A DNA stretch of 64,000 nucleotides. It comes from Trichoplax adhaerens. Lineage: Eukaryota > Animalia > Placozoa. The stretch is taken from NCBI RefSeq assembly GCF_000150275.1, contig NW_002060945.1:8634011-8698010 (forward strand). The letters are read 5' to 3'. The translations under genes were made by a program, and so were the position numbers. This document shows, one piece after another, positions 52,036 to 64,000 of this stretch. The notes beneath the pieces are model-generated. The model was not told where the DNA came from. It searched no databases and saw only the letters and a program-made list of their open reading frames with translations. The first letter of the stretch is position 1. Each line of letters begins with the position of its first letter.

Positions 52036-55000
52036 ATGCAACCAATGGCAACTCGCTACATGCAAATGGTATCATGCAATGATAATATTTCTATTACTGT
52101 GTTGATGTCAATGACAGAAAAGAATTAGAAACTGGTAGACGAGTACCTTCTACGAATCTGCACTTTTGCAAGGCAATACGAGTCGTACAAATTGCTTGCC
52201 ATGCGTTTTACTGCTATACATCATACAGTAAAAATAAATTAATTATAAGTGGATCTACTATCATGGACTAGCTAATTGCATTTACATTTATCAATCAATT
52301 TCCACTGTAGAATGATTTACTCTGCTTTAAAATATTTATATTATACCGTACACACACATAAGATTTTAAATAAATTAAGATTGAATTATGCTGCATTGTA
52401 GGTTAGTCTTCATGAATTATACGTAGTATGAATGGCTAAATATGAGTTTGCTAACGTCATATGCAATTTATCCACTAATGCCCGTAACCTATCAATAGCA
52501 CTACCAATTAATTAACATGTATCAATTGAACCGCTAGTGGCTTAATTTTCAAGTCTTAACGTTGTATATACACAGTACTGTACGTTATGCGACAAAGATA
52601 CAATACATACCGTATCTGATTTCATTAGTCTGCACTTACAGTAATGAATTATTTATATTAATTACCTCGCATGTCTTAATGATCGTTGTAAATGTGCTAA
52701 GCAAAAAATCTTTATACTGTAATAATTGCTATTGATAACTTAATGCTACAATAGAACTCAATTTACTACTGTCACTGACCTAATGCTAATCGTTTAATTG
52801 ACTGTACAGATGGAGTTTCCAACTTGTTAATGCATAAAATTGATCTTAGCACGCGATTATTACATAGCCAAAACATCTACTGTATAGTTATATAATAATT
52901 TGAAGCGCATCCGCTGATGAAGTCACTATTACTATGTAATTAATTGATCCATTTAGTCATTGTGATCAATGCCTGACTTATCGCTGATCAGTTTATCATA
53001 GGTCAACCTTAGTATCAATGTGTTTATTGTTATGCTTATATGTTTATAGAAATAAGTCGTTTCTACTTGCAAAGCCTTATCAAATTACAGTACTTATTTC
53101 ATTTGCAGTATGTGTATACTATAGTACATATATATCCTAATGGTTGTAATTTTAGCCCATATCTGATCAATCGATTGTAATGCAGCATATGAAGGTACCT
53201 TTGCTGGTGTCAAAATACTTTTAGCATTAGGTTGCACAGTTCAATATCAAAAATCTAAATAGATTCTGTAGGTTGCCTATCCAATGATATTATTTTATAT
53301 GTGAACATAGAACATGCATATAAAGTGTGTTTTGATGAAGACATCAAAAAACTTCAGTTCTACGGATAGTTTTATATAGTGATTACTTATAAAGTGAACG
53401 CTGACATGCACGTGTAAATTCTCGTACCAAAACCATAACATCGTATATTGTAAAGACATTCTTCTACTCCTGCCCACTAAAGACAACTGAATATGAAAAT
53501 ATAAAAACGCAAATCCTATAGATTAAAATATATTTTTAATATCATAACAATTTTCAATGTACATCCGATTATTTGACATCTAAGTTTAATTTATGGTCTT
53601 AAATTTTTCTATCATGTGAGCTCGGATGTACAGCACAGTAGTAACAGAATTTGACGAATGATTAACATAGATGTAGATAATCATATAGTGATTACTGGTG
53701 CATTACTACTTGTAGGTTCTGTTTTTGTCTAATAATTCTGATATGTCTAACACTTTCACTAACGCTTATACCCTTTTGTTCATAGTTTGCAGAATTCCAA
53801 GAACAATGTGTGGAAAATGTAAGAAAGACCTTTCCTTAGTCCAGTCTCTAAAGAATTTATTTAGTTAAAGTAGCTTATATATTGTAGCATAATTAAAATA
53901 TTATTATTTATATCATTTGCTACACTCATTATTTTTGTAGGGTGAGAAATTAATCAAAGAGTTTTTTCCTCAGAGAGTAATAGAATTAAATGAATTCTTA
54001 AAGGTATAAACTAACACATTCTTCGTTATGTAAGGTTTTAATTTTCAAACTGCAATGCTGCAGTTTGAAAATACATTGCTAACCACTACATGATATAATA
54101 TACATTAATCACTCTATCTGCCTAACGAAACGACCTTGGAATATATTTTTTGTTTAAAGCTTTACAAATTTGAAAAGAATATGCTAATACCAATTTAATA
54201 GTTGGATTCTTCTTTGTCCTAACGTAGACGGAACGTTTATCACTGAACCCGAGTAAAATTCATTCTAACATTGAAGAATTTACAAAGGTAGACTACCGAA
54301 TATCAGAAAATGAGACTTTTCAGGTTGGTAACCAATTGTCCGTAAGTTACGTATGGTATTGCTATGAAATTCTTTATTACGATTTATACTGAAGTTGTCG
54401 TAATTAATCTTATCGTTGGTAGGGCTCTGCGAAAAGAGCTAGACTAGAGAATGATACGGATTCGAAATCACAGGGTAACATTATCTATCAATCGAGCAGT
54501 ATTGTATCCCTAATACAATGGTGCTACGTTAGTGTTCTAAACAAGTTTTGTATTATTGTGATAATTAATTAATTCCGTATCTACTGGTATTCTTAGTGCC
54601 AGTAATTCCTTGTAACCGATTGCTAGAAGAATTAATCGATGATATCAAGCCTCAAATTCGTACTCTCATTGAAAAATGTAACTGCGTACGTATGAATTTA
54701 TAAAAAGATCGCTCTTGATAATCCAATTATCTCACCAAAAATCTGAAATAAGAATTACATTAATAGGTAAAGATATGGATACAATTGCTAATTCCGAGAA
54801 TCGAAGATGGTAACAATTTTGGAGTGTCCATTCAGGTAAATTTATTATTGTCTGTTTAAAAGACTAATACGTTGGTTAAAGTTCATGCAGTATCAGCAAT
54901 AACATCAGTAATACTAAATCAGTCATATGGTATACTATAAAAAATAGGAAGATATACTCGGCGAGGTTGCGCGCATTGAAAGCGAAGCAGCTGGGTTTCT

Positions 55001-55533
55001 GGATCAGATTTCTCGGTAAGTCCCACAAGATTCTATCTCATCTATAATTTACGATGAATATAAATACTTTGTTAACTCATGGCTGTATCAATATGAAATA
55101 TAATTGTAGATATTTCATATCAAGAGGCAAAATGATATCAAAAATCGCTAAATATCCTTTTATCGTAAGTATTAAGTGTTGTTAAATAGAAATAAAATTC
55201 ATTAAAATTTGTAAAGGATTGCTGACAGCTGTAATTATACTTTGACGATCATAATCCGTATATCAAAACTATTCACCAATTCTTTCAAATTGTAGAAAGA
55301 TTACTCTCGTTGCATATGTGAACTAGATGAAAAAGAATATCTGAACCTACGTTTAACATTATGCGAACTAAGAAACCATTATGTAAGTGTGGAGTTGTTA
55401 TCACGCCCGATAATAGTACATTGTTAACATTATTTCTATTTATTTCCTTTAGTGTTGCTTGCATGATACCATCACGAAAAATATAGAAAAAATTAAAAAA
55501 CCAAGATCTGTCAATACTGACACGATGTATTAA
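52036..55533 (+). CDS. PSME3: Proteasome activator complex subunit 3 (PA28-gamma); first exon tentative
   Basis: Exons 53786-53818, 53941-54003 (FFPQRVIELNEFLK), 54228-54323, about 54423-54474, 54597-54686, 54767-54835 (VKIWIQLLIPRIEDGNNFGVSIQ), 54948-55015, 55110-55164, 55297-55383 (ELDEKEYLNLRL), 55453-55533 (LHDTITKNIEKIKKPRS..MY*). Putative first exon 52036-52068. Confidence 0.93.
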
Positions 55534-56186
55534 GTGAATTGCAAAGATTTCGCCCATTTATATCCTTTCTGTTCTTGTATTCATATAGCCTTTTATGTAC
55601 TATTCTCGAAAACCATAAGTAGTAAGCAATTATAAGATATTAGTACCATTATTCTTCGTAACCATTGGCGAGATTGAAATAATATGTATAAGGATATTTA
55701 GTTAATAGGGCTATCTAATATGCTGTTGCGCTTTACATGCAACAGTTAGAATAAGATAATGTGGTCTAAGTATTAATGCGTTATCAGTTTAAATTAGGAT
55801 TTATTCAATATGCATTACAAGATAATGTCAATCTTGTATTATAAATCATTGCATGCTTCACTTTTTGAACAATTTTTGCGATGATTTATCTTCACAGTTT
55901 ATGATACTATTATATAATTTATCGACTTTGAATGCTGTTGTAAATTGAGTGCTTGATACTGCAGTATGAGGAATAAAACGACTGTATGAAAGCATTGTTT
56001 CATTTTGGTATATGGTAGAAACTAACGAAAAGTAAATGAGTTCAAAGTAAACATTAACAATTGTCTTTCTGATATCACAAATATCGTATGCTTAAATTTG
56101 GTAAGTAGTTCTACATGAATACTTTGACGCAATCAATACTTGACCAAGTGACGATCGAGTTAGCACATAACCTCGAAGATATTCTT

Positions 56187-56236
56187 NNNNNNNNNNNNNN
56201 NNNNNNNNNNNNNNNNNNNNNNNNNNNNNNNNNNNN
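56187..56236. other. Assembly gap (50 N)
   Basis: Run of n; there is also a single n at 60280. Confidence 1.
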
Positions 56237-56799
56237 TCTACCCTCCTTAGGACTAGTTTATATACAGTACAGTATATTCTAGGATTTAAAGTAATATTCT
56301 AATTCTCTCGGCCTGGCGTGCCAGACAAAGCTAGTATAATTGAAAAACGAAAGTTGCATAGAACGCGTTCGCATACGCGTCTCACTTTCACGACACTTGA
56401 TCATTTTCCAGCCTTGATACAATTTGTCGACGATAAAATGATGTACTGTATAATTACATCATTTTTCTTCAAGAAAAAGTTGTAAGCAGGAAATCATTCA
56501 TTAACCTTGTAAAAGGCTACACGTGTAGCATGCGTGGCAGGTGATCTCCAGTATGTAATATCCTCACGATGTATGACTTGACAAGGTCGATCAATCCTCA
56601 ATAAAATGGGATGTAGCTGCTAGCAATCGATGTGTCCAGCATCCCATAACGAACTGTACAGTACTGTACAAACAGTGTACACTACTGTACAGTAATGGTA
56701 AGGCACCCACTGGAAGCCTTTCTCACTACTTTCATTCATTGTAAAAGCAACCACTCAGAATACGTTCCTTCCCTCCCGAAATACTGCAATAGTACAACG

Positions 56800-57410
56800 A
56801 GAACGGTCATCAATGACAATATCATTCCAGACTGGAACAATATCGCCCGCTTCCCGCTCAGGAAAGAACGTTATTAATCCTCCTCATGGTTGATGCGGTT
56901 GTCTTCTTTGGAGAAGAAAGACGGGACGTGTACTATAGAAATGATCCTAGAAAGTACAGTCTTAAAATATTTAACAAAGTACCGGCTAATTTATAGTGCA
57001 ATATGGACTTCTTTGATTACAGGCGAAAAAATCTGCATAATTTATTTACAGTATCACGTATTGTAAAAAGTACCGGTGAAACTTGCTGTGCAGTACTGTA
57101 CTGTACTACTGTACTGTACAGTACAGTATTCAGTACTTACAGTATTTAGTAGTCTATGATATAGTACTGTACTGTACTGTACACTGTAGTCATCGATTCA
57201 TGAAATCTTACCGTGCACCAGTAGAACATGTGTTAACGAAGTTACGGGCCAAGTATGGAATCGGGCATCCAGATGCTCGATTATTGGTGCCGCGAAAGGA
57301 AAGCTGACAGATTAACACCAGGTGTTGGTGGTACAAATATCCCGATCAAACCAAGTTCAAATGTGATATACAGTACAAGTTCACGCCTTTCAAATGACGA
57401 ATTTATCATA
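56800..57410 (+). mobile_element. Probable heavily decayed BEL/Pao LTR-retrotransposon integrase-region fragment
   Basis: Frameshifted peptides in the expected order: INDNII / SRLEQYRPLPAQERTLLIL, then IHEIL / APVEHVLTKLRAKYGI..ARLLV..*QINTRCWWYK, then QMTNL. Compare BEL/Pao D.GII..GRL..LP..E.HPIILP ... H..HAGVEH.L..LR.KYWI..AR.LVR....C..CK ... QMA.LP. Confidence 0.4.
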
Positions 57411-57523
57411 CCTTGTTTCGAAGTTGAGATCTGACACTACTCAATCGGTGCCAGGGCTCCAGTCATAATATAGTATACTGTACTGTACTGTACAGTACTG
57501 TAATGATTTTGTCAGACTCCGGC

Positions 57524-57872
57524 TGTTAATATGTTGTGAGCTGATTCAATCGCAATTATTGTTGGGAACTTCTATTTTTTCGGATAGACTGCTGTAGATA
57601 CTGTACTCGTTGATTGCATCGTGCACAGTATTCATTCACTGCAGTTCTCACAGCTAAAGCGGATTAATCAATTGATCAACAGTCAGGTCTGCACGGATGT
57701 TAATATATTGTGAGCTGATTCAATCGCAATTATTGTTGGGAACTTCTATTTTTTCGGATAGACTGCTGTAGATACTGTACTCGTTCTTTGCATCGTGCAA
57801 AGTATTCATTCACTGCAGTTCTCACAGCTAAAGCGGATTAATCAATTGATCAACAGTCAGTCTGCACGGATG
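57524..57872. repeat. Direct tandem duplication, 2 x ~174 bp, few differences
   Basis: Copy 1 57524-57697, copy 2 57698-57870 (tgttaatat.ttgtgagctgattcaatcgc...tctgcacgga). Confidence 0.95.
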
Positions 57873-58053
57873 AGAAGTGGCTGTCCGATTCCCAGGTATC
57901 ATTATCACATCCTTATATCGTGTTGCATTGCATAATAAACAGCCCTGGACTGTCGCTGGAGATCAATGCATTCGACCGTTGCTCGGTTATAATAGACGAC
58001 AACATTCAAAGTGCAATATTACTACAGAAAGAACAAACTCCGGTGATTGCATC

Positions 58054-59617
58054 ATGTCCCAAAGAAAAATTTTAATTTATTGCGATGATGGCTCAGCCAA
58101 CGTTGATGTAGCTGAAGCGAGCATAAAGCAGGCAATAAATGAGCTGCATCTCCAGAATGATTTTCAAATTGAAAATGTGACCGCTAATGATATTATTGGT
58201 AACGAGAATACGTTGCTATCAACGAAATTATTTGTAATGCCTGGTGGAAGAGACCTCCCTTACGTTGAAAAATTAAATGGCCTAGGGAATCGACGCATAA
58301 AACACTTTGTCAACCAAGGGGGTTGTTATTTAGGCCTATGTGCTGGCGCTTACTTTGCTAGTAGCATAATAGAATTCGAGAAAGACACAGCATTGGAAGT
58401 TTGCGGTGCTAGGGAACTAAAATTCTATCATGGACTTGCAAAAGGATGTGTTTATCCTGGTTTCAGCTATAAAGATAATTCCGGTGCTAGAGTAGTACCA
58501 ATTGAACTACACAAAGAAGTAGCCGACCAGGTTAGCTTTAATCAGTGCTCAGTTTATTATAACGGCGGTTGCGAATTTTTACCCTTAAATGATGACGTTG
58601 GCGAAGTGGAGATTTTGGCTTCTTACTCTGCCCATGATAACGGTAAGTCACTGCAATGGCTGAAATATTGATAAATTTAATTTAAGCTAAAGCTTGTCTA
58701 GCTACCGGCTACAATATCGTTGTAGACCAGTACAACATACTGCATACAGTACTTTCACAGAACGAATGGTATCCTTTTGTAAGCTAGCAAATCCATGTTC
58801 TGTGCTAGTAATTTGAACATTCTACCCCAAGGGTCTCCTGAATGACAGGATAGTGTACATGTACTATTTTAGTAATTGCTGCACCTATTGAACACTGACA
58901 GTCTATTAGGAGTTACAGTGCTGTAATTATAGTACGAAGTATAAAGCCACTATTACAGGGACGCGGCGAGCCCTCTAGAATGGCTGAAAGATGTTCAGCT
59001 ATAGTGTTGCCTTAAATTATGTCTTTCAATTTTAAGAAATGTACTTTAAATTCGGCTCAAATTCCATGCAGACAGATCAGTACCACCTTGAGCAATTGAC
59101 TCTTGAAATTTTGATTACTTTATATCGCAGTATTGAATAATATTTCTTTCAAGTTTCTAATACAAACTATCAGTCGCTGTTACATATACGGTCGCTCCAA
59201 CCATTTTACAAGTCACGTCGTAATACCGGTCTATACCCGAACCCGAGGTATAAATCTATACCTTTTAACCATACATTATGAATGCCAGCCCGGTAGATAA
59301 TCCATGATATAATAGTAAATAGACTTTCAAATATAACCTGCCTAACGAGATTGTTATTCATAATAGCTTAAATAATTATTTTTTAATGATTTAAAATTGC
59401 AGAAAACTCATCAGTCAACAGGCATGCTCCACCAATCGCTATAATTAAATGTAAAGTGGGTTCTGGCATTGCAATTCTTTCAGGTGTCCATCCGGAATAC
59501 TCTGCAAATCTACTTAGTTCAGATAAATATGATGATAAAATACTTCAGCATTTACATCAATGTGAACACAACAGAGCCGTTTTATTTCGCAAATTATTGT
59601 CGATGTTATTATTGTAA
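58054..59617 (+). CDS. Stand-alone biotin-protein-ligase N-terminal (BPL_N) / class I GATase-like domain protein, 2 exons (~267 aa)
   Basis: Exon 1 58054-58642 (ILIYCDDG; LFVMPGGRDLPYVEKLNG; GGCYLGLCAGAYFAS; VYYNGG), intron gtaag...ttgcag, exon 2 59403-59617 (AIIKCKVGSGIAILSGVHPEY...LFRKLLSMLLL*). No ligase catalytic domain follows. Confidence 0.88.
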
Positions 59618-61444
59618 TGGCAAAATAATAGGAATGAACTGTTTTCATCCTTGAAAAGCGGCAATATTGACTTCATCTCTTACTTAAAGAAAGATGCATA
59701 ACGTTAATCAACTTTGACTAATCGACTATCAGGAGTAAAGGTTATCATAAACAGTAGCATACTCTTATATTCAATTTTCATTTATTCAATTCCTTAAACC
59801 TAAAATCATACATACCGCTTTGATGAATTTAATTAAGGAATAAAATCAAGTAATTATCATTAATATTTGTAGCCAATTTAATATACACTTTTATATCTCT
59901 TGAATACATTTGAAAAGGTTGTGTATAATTGTAAAATTGAATTAAAAACATGTTTAAAACCGACGATCATAACGAAATGTTAATAAAGAAGAGATTTAAA
60001 TTTCTACTCGTTGTCGTCGACAAGATTATACTAAAAATTTATTTTAAAATTCTGTAGTATCTGATCAATACTTGGCTGCGTAGCATATTATACAAACAGT
60101 GAAAAGTTATATTAAATATAATTTAATAATAAAGCAAAATTCAAAAACACAGATTATGCTGAGATATTATTTATTAATACACTAAGTTGGTAATGCATAC
60201 AGAATAGTTATTATGACTGCCATTTTACGTCACCAACTCTACCACTTGATAACTAGAACAATGAAGCAAAACTTTTAGCNAATATGCGTAGTTCCAAGTT
60301 GATAATTACTTTTAAATAATCAGGGCTCATCTATTACAATAATTATTACAAAAGCATTTCCCAAGAAATTGGATATGAATCGAATGATTTTGATCGTAGG
60401 TGATGTATTTAATGGTAATCACCATTATGAGTATTCAGTTAGATATTACCGGTACTAATAAATAATAATATACAATCATTATCGTAATTTACATTTTGAA
60501 CGAATGAAATAAAAGCTTCAGGACTGTACTGCAACATAGTGTGTCCATGTCAGATTTATAAGTGAAAAGTAACTTTAGTGAATATTACACTAGTACTGCG
60601 ATAGTATATATAATTTGGATGATTCACACTTAATATTCTAAAATGGTCAACATTCTTTTCTATCGAGTGAATTTTAGGCTAAGAAACTGATATATTACAA
60701 TGTTGTAATGCTCTCTATGTATGAAGTATTATAAATAATACAGACAGAAAATTATTTACATTCACAATTCTCTAAACAATTCAATTGCGTTATACGACGT
60801 ATCATAATGTTAATTATGAAAGTGTGCATGGTATAAGCTGCATCGCATTGTTGATAACATCAGTTATATATAAGTATCTATACGATAATACACTACTGGT
60901 ATATATATATATATATATGAGCATATATCTTACTATACTGTATATTTAAAACGACAAATTATCATAACAGAATATAATCTATGATTTTAACGAAGCAGTA
61001 TTGTATGTTCGTTTTTATATGCAGTATGTAGAATTGGTAGATAAATATAGAAACATACAATAATTAAATGTATAATATGCCGTATTACAAGTTTCGAAGG
61101 AAAGCGCAAGTTAGGATACTTTAATTATGTTTATAAAAATTATTATGCTTGGATAAACATTAATCGGTTTATACTTGACAATAGTATGATATTCTGGAGT
61201 TGAAAAAGATTATGATATCTACTACTCTGAAGTTATCGATCTATTCAATAATTTAAAAATGTACACGTTAAGCTCAACCCTTAACGTTATATTACAATCA
61301 ACAAGATTGGCGAATAATGATACATTTAAAAATTATTCTCAACTGTTACGAGTGTATGCAGAAGTTTTATATCTTGCTGTATTGGAGTTGATAGTATTCA
61401 AGTACATATTCACAACAATTTCCTATTTCATATGTGACTCGGTA

Positions 61445-64000
61445 CTAAACTATCGATTGATCGGATTTCCCACGCAGAAAGTACGTCATCATATTCCCTT
61501 TACCTTTCACAGATATTAAACCACGGCATTCAAAGACGAATCCACGTCCAGCTAATACTTTGGTTACTTCCTCTGTAACCTAAAACGATCAAATATCATA
61601 ATACTGTAGATACAACAATGTCATGTTCTGTATATAGTTTTCATCTATCTAATAGCATCAAAGACTTTGAAATTTATTAGTCATTACAACTGTATGTACA
61701 ACATCATAAACTGATGATACTTAAATGAGAGGAAAATTGAGTAATAGATTAATAATCTATAGCAATTGTAGATTCGCATGCTATTGAAATAAGTAAATTA
61801 GTCCATACTGAGTTCTAGGAGATCTCATACCTGAGTAAAGCCAGGTTTTCCGGTAGATTCCATACGACTAGCAACATTAACGGTGTTACCCCATATATCA
61901 TATTGTGGTTTACGGGCTCCAATAACCCCAGATACAACTTGGCCAAAGTTAATGCCTAAATGTTTATACCAGCTTTTAGCAATACAACTTCATAACACTA
62001 TGATTTATCAACAAAAACCTTCAATACAGCTAAATAACAATAGCAATCATCATTACCGACTCGTAATTTAAAATTGTTAAATGAATGTTTATTGATATCT
62101 TCCAGTCTATCCATCATTCGCATAGCAAAATTAGTTAAAGCGGCCGTACATTTCGCTCCATCTTGCTCTAATTTCTATATATTATTAAAATTTTCGAATA
62201 AGAATTCTATTTAGAGTAACTGTTGGATAAAGTATGAATTAATTTCTTCAACATTTAAATGATCTTTACCGGATCAGGAACTAATCCAGCCGCGGCCATA
62301 TACGAATGTCCTGTTGTTTTAATCTTTTCAATATACTTACAGTCATCTTCCATTAGGAGCTATTGTAGACAGGTTTGAATATGAGATTAGGGTGAGAAAT
62401 CTAAGTTAGGTTGCTATTATATATATATATATATACCATATATGTTTACGTATTTATAACTACTTTATACATTTAATTTTATGAGCGTATAATAGAAAGT
62501 TTTTCTTTACCTCATCAAAATCTGCGATAATTTCGTTTAGCAACCTAAGGCATTCAACCCCCTCACTAACACTGTCCAACTCGGAGTAGAAATCGGAAAA
62601 GTTGGGTATTGAAGAGAACATAACGGCTACTTCATCACAGGATTGATAATATAAATCCTGTGTTTTTAGGCAAGCACATACTCAATATTACTAAACTATA
62701 ATTTAGTTAGTTACAGATATACATTATAAAAAATTTTTAAAACATGAAATTTAAAAGACTTTTATTTACCTCATGTCTTCTATTAGTTTTCAAAAAATGC
62801 TCCGCGACATGAGCTGGCAAAATATTACAAAGTAACAACTGATTACGTCTCTTTAATATTTCCATGTCATTTTTCTCTTCAGTAGCCTTGACGTACGTAA
62901 TTGCAAATGTTTCATTTCATTAGCAACATACAGTACTTAATAGCCTTGTTTCATATTATCTGAATTTGATTATAATACTATAGTACCTGTAATTTCCATA
63001 GGAAATCTAGCCTTGCTGTAGCTTCAATCTGTTGGGAATAGAATTGATAAAATTGTAAATAGCTAACGAGTTGTTCATTGATCAGGTTATATACAGTATG
63101 TGAATCTGCTACTGATTCCAAATAATGCTATCGCATTTATTTGATATGAAGAATAATATTAAATATCAAATTTTAATCTTTTATCTTATATCCTCACTTG
63201 TCTAGCATGAATCGAAAGCGCTACTACATAAATGCAAATAACTACGCCGGCAATCGTAGAAAGCGAAGGTTGAGAGTATGAGTTTGCTGATGCGGAATTA
63301 AATTTCCTGAAATAAAAAATAAAACATAAGTTAAAATACTATTACAACACCGAGGCATTGAAATTATAGTAACACAGTATAGTCCAACAAACTTACTCAG
63401 TCACATTATCATATCTTGCAAATATAATCGTATAATCCGATGCTAGTATTATAACTAAGTAAGTGGCAGTCATAATGATCATCAATACTATCTTGATCAG
63501 ATGACTTAATTGGAGGAAAATTCCACAACATAATAGTGCCATAATAACGCTGAAGTCAAAGTACTAAAATTTGATAAATAATGCCAAATCATTAACATTA
63601 ATAATCAAATTGAATACCGATTGCATCCTAAATTTGTATAAACAGTTGATATAAATTACTTGAGGAAAACTACAATTAGGCGTATCAGGTAATAACTGCG
63701 AATAATTTTCTACTGGATAGCCACGAATAGTGTTTTGACCGTTAACAGCAGCTGTACTACACCCAAACTGTAAAAATATCGAAGATCCTTAGTAAAAGAC
63801 AATGGCAATAAAATATGTCATAGTAAAATGGTTCAATTAATTAAGAAATCATAAGAAATTTTTGTTACGGTACAGCAATTAAACACAACTGCAATACAAA
63901 TATTATCATTCAGAATGTAAATACTATAAAAATTATATCTTGCTTACCAGTACTCCAATGGAAGTGAAATAAACGATAAAGATTGTGGAAATAGATAATA
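61445..64000 (-). CDS. ADCY: Transmembrane adenylyl cyclase, second TM cluster and C2 catalytic domain; 5' part outside the window
   Basis: [117 protein letters not shown]; stop 61445-61447. Confidence 0.96.

Noticed and set aside
18496-55533. Functional ubiquitin-proteasome gene cluster (PSMB3, F-box, RING, PSME3)
   Set aside because: Interspersed with unrelated genes; conserved macrosynteny explains it more simply
55165-56236. Suspected truncation of PSME3 by the assembly gap
   Set aside because: The last two exons and the stop codon (55531-55533) are present before the gap
56880-56935. EKKDGT resembling the Ty3/gypsy RT motif VVLVKKKDG
   Set aside because: Too short, with no downstream RT motifs; the BEL/Pao integrase reading explains more of the region
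60899-60918. (AT)n microsatellites (also about 62417), (AAT)n at 22505 and poly-C at 14757
   Set aside because: Ordinary simple repeats
12582-62888. Several AAG 3' splice sites (12582, 36474, 39254, 39811, 47162, 62887)
   Set aside because: A minority of acceptors, unsurprising in AT-rich DNA

Overview
AT-rich, gene-dense eukaryotic (animal) genomic DNA with many short (~60-120 bp) GT-AG introns and a 50-N scaffold gap. The compact intron-rich style suggests a placozoan such as Trichoplax; this is an inference from sequence style only. Most ORF-track entries are single exons or noise, so gene models were built by hand from splice sites and reading frame. Order: GOLGA4-like golgin (-, runs off the left edge via a >3.2 kb exon); an unknown membrane protein with a PAM2 motif (-); PSMB3 (-); a 5-copy ~165 bp tandem repeat; an intronless F-box/ankyrin gene (-); BMI1/PCGF2-like Polycomb RING gene (-); ATP-citrate lyase (-, ~30 exons); SPATA48/SPMIP7-like microtubule inner protein (+); SLC7A6OS/Iwr1 (-); PSME3 (+); gap; a probable decayed BEL/Pao integrase fragment; a 174 bp tandem duplication; a stand-alone BPL_N/GATase-like gene (+); and the 3' half of a transmembrane adenylyl cyclase (-). 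Most notable: (1) dense palindromic ACAGT/ACTGT (GTAC-centred) arrays sit upstream of nearly every housekeeping gene; (2) the intronless F-box-ANK gene, an architecture typical of intracellular-bacterial effectors and giant viruses, sits between PSMB3 and PCGF, which are neighbours in human; (3) a stand-alone BPL_N protein keeps a Cys...His-Pro-Glu triad; (4) the orphan TM+PAM2 protein; (5) deep synteny with human 17q12-q21.
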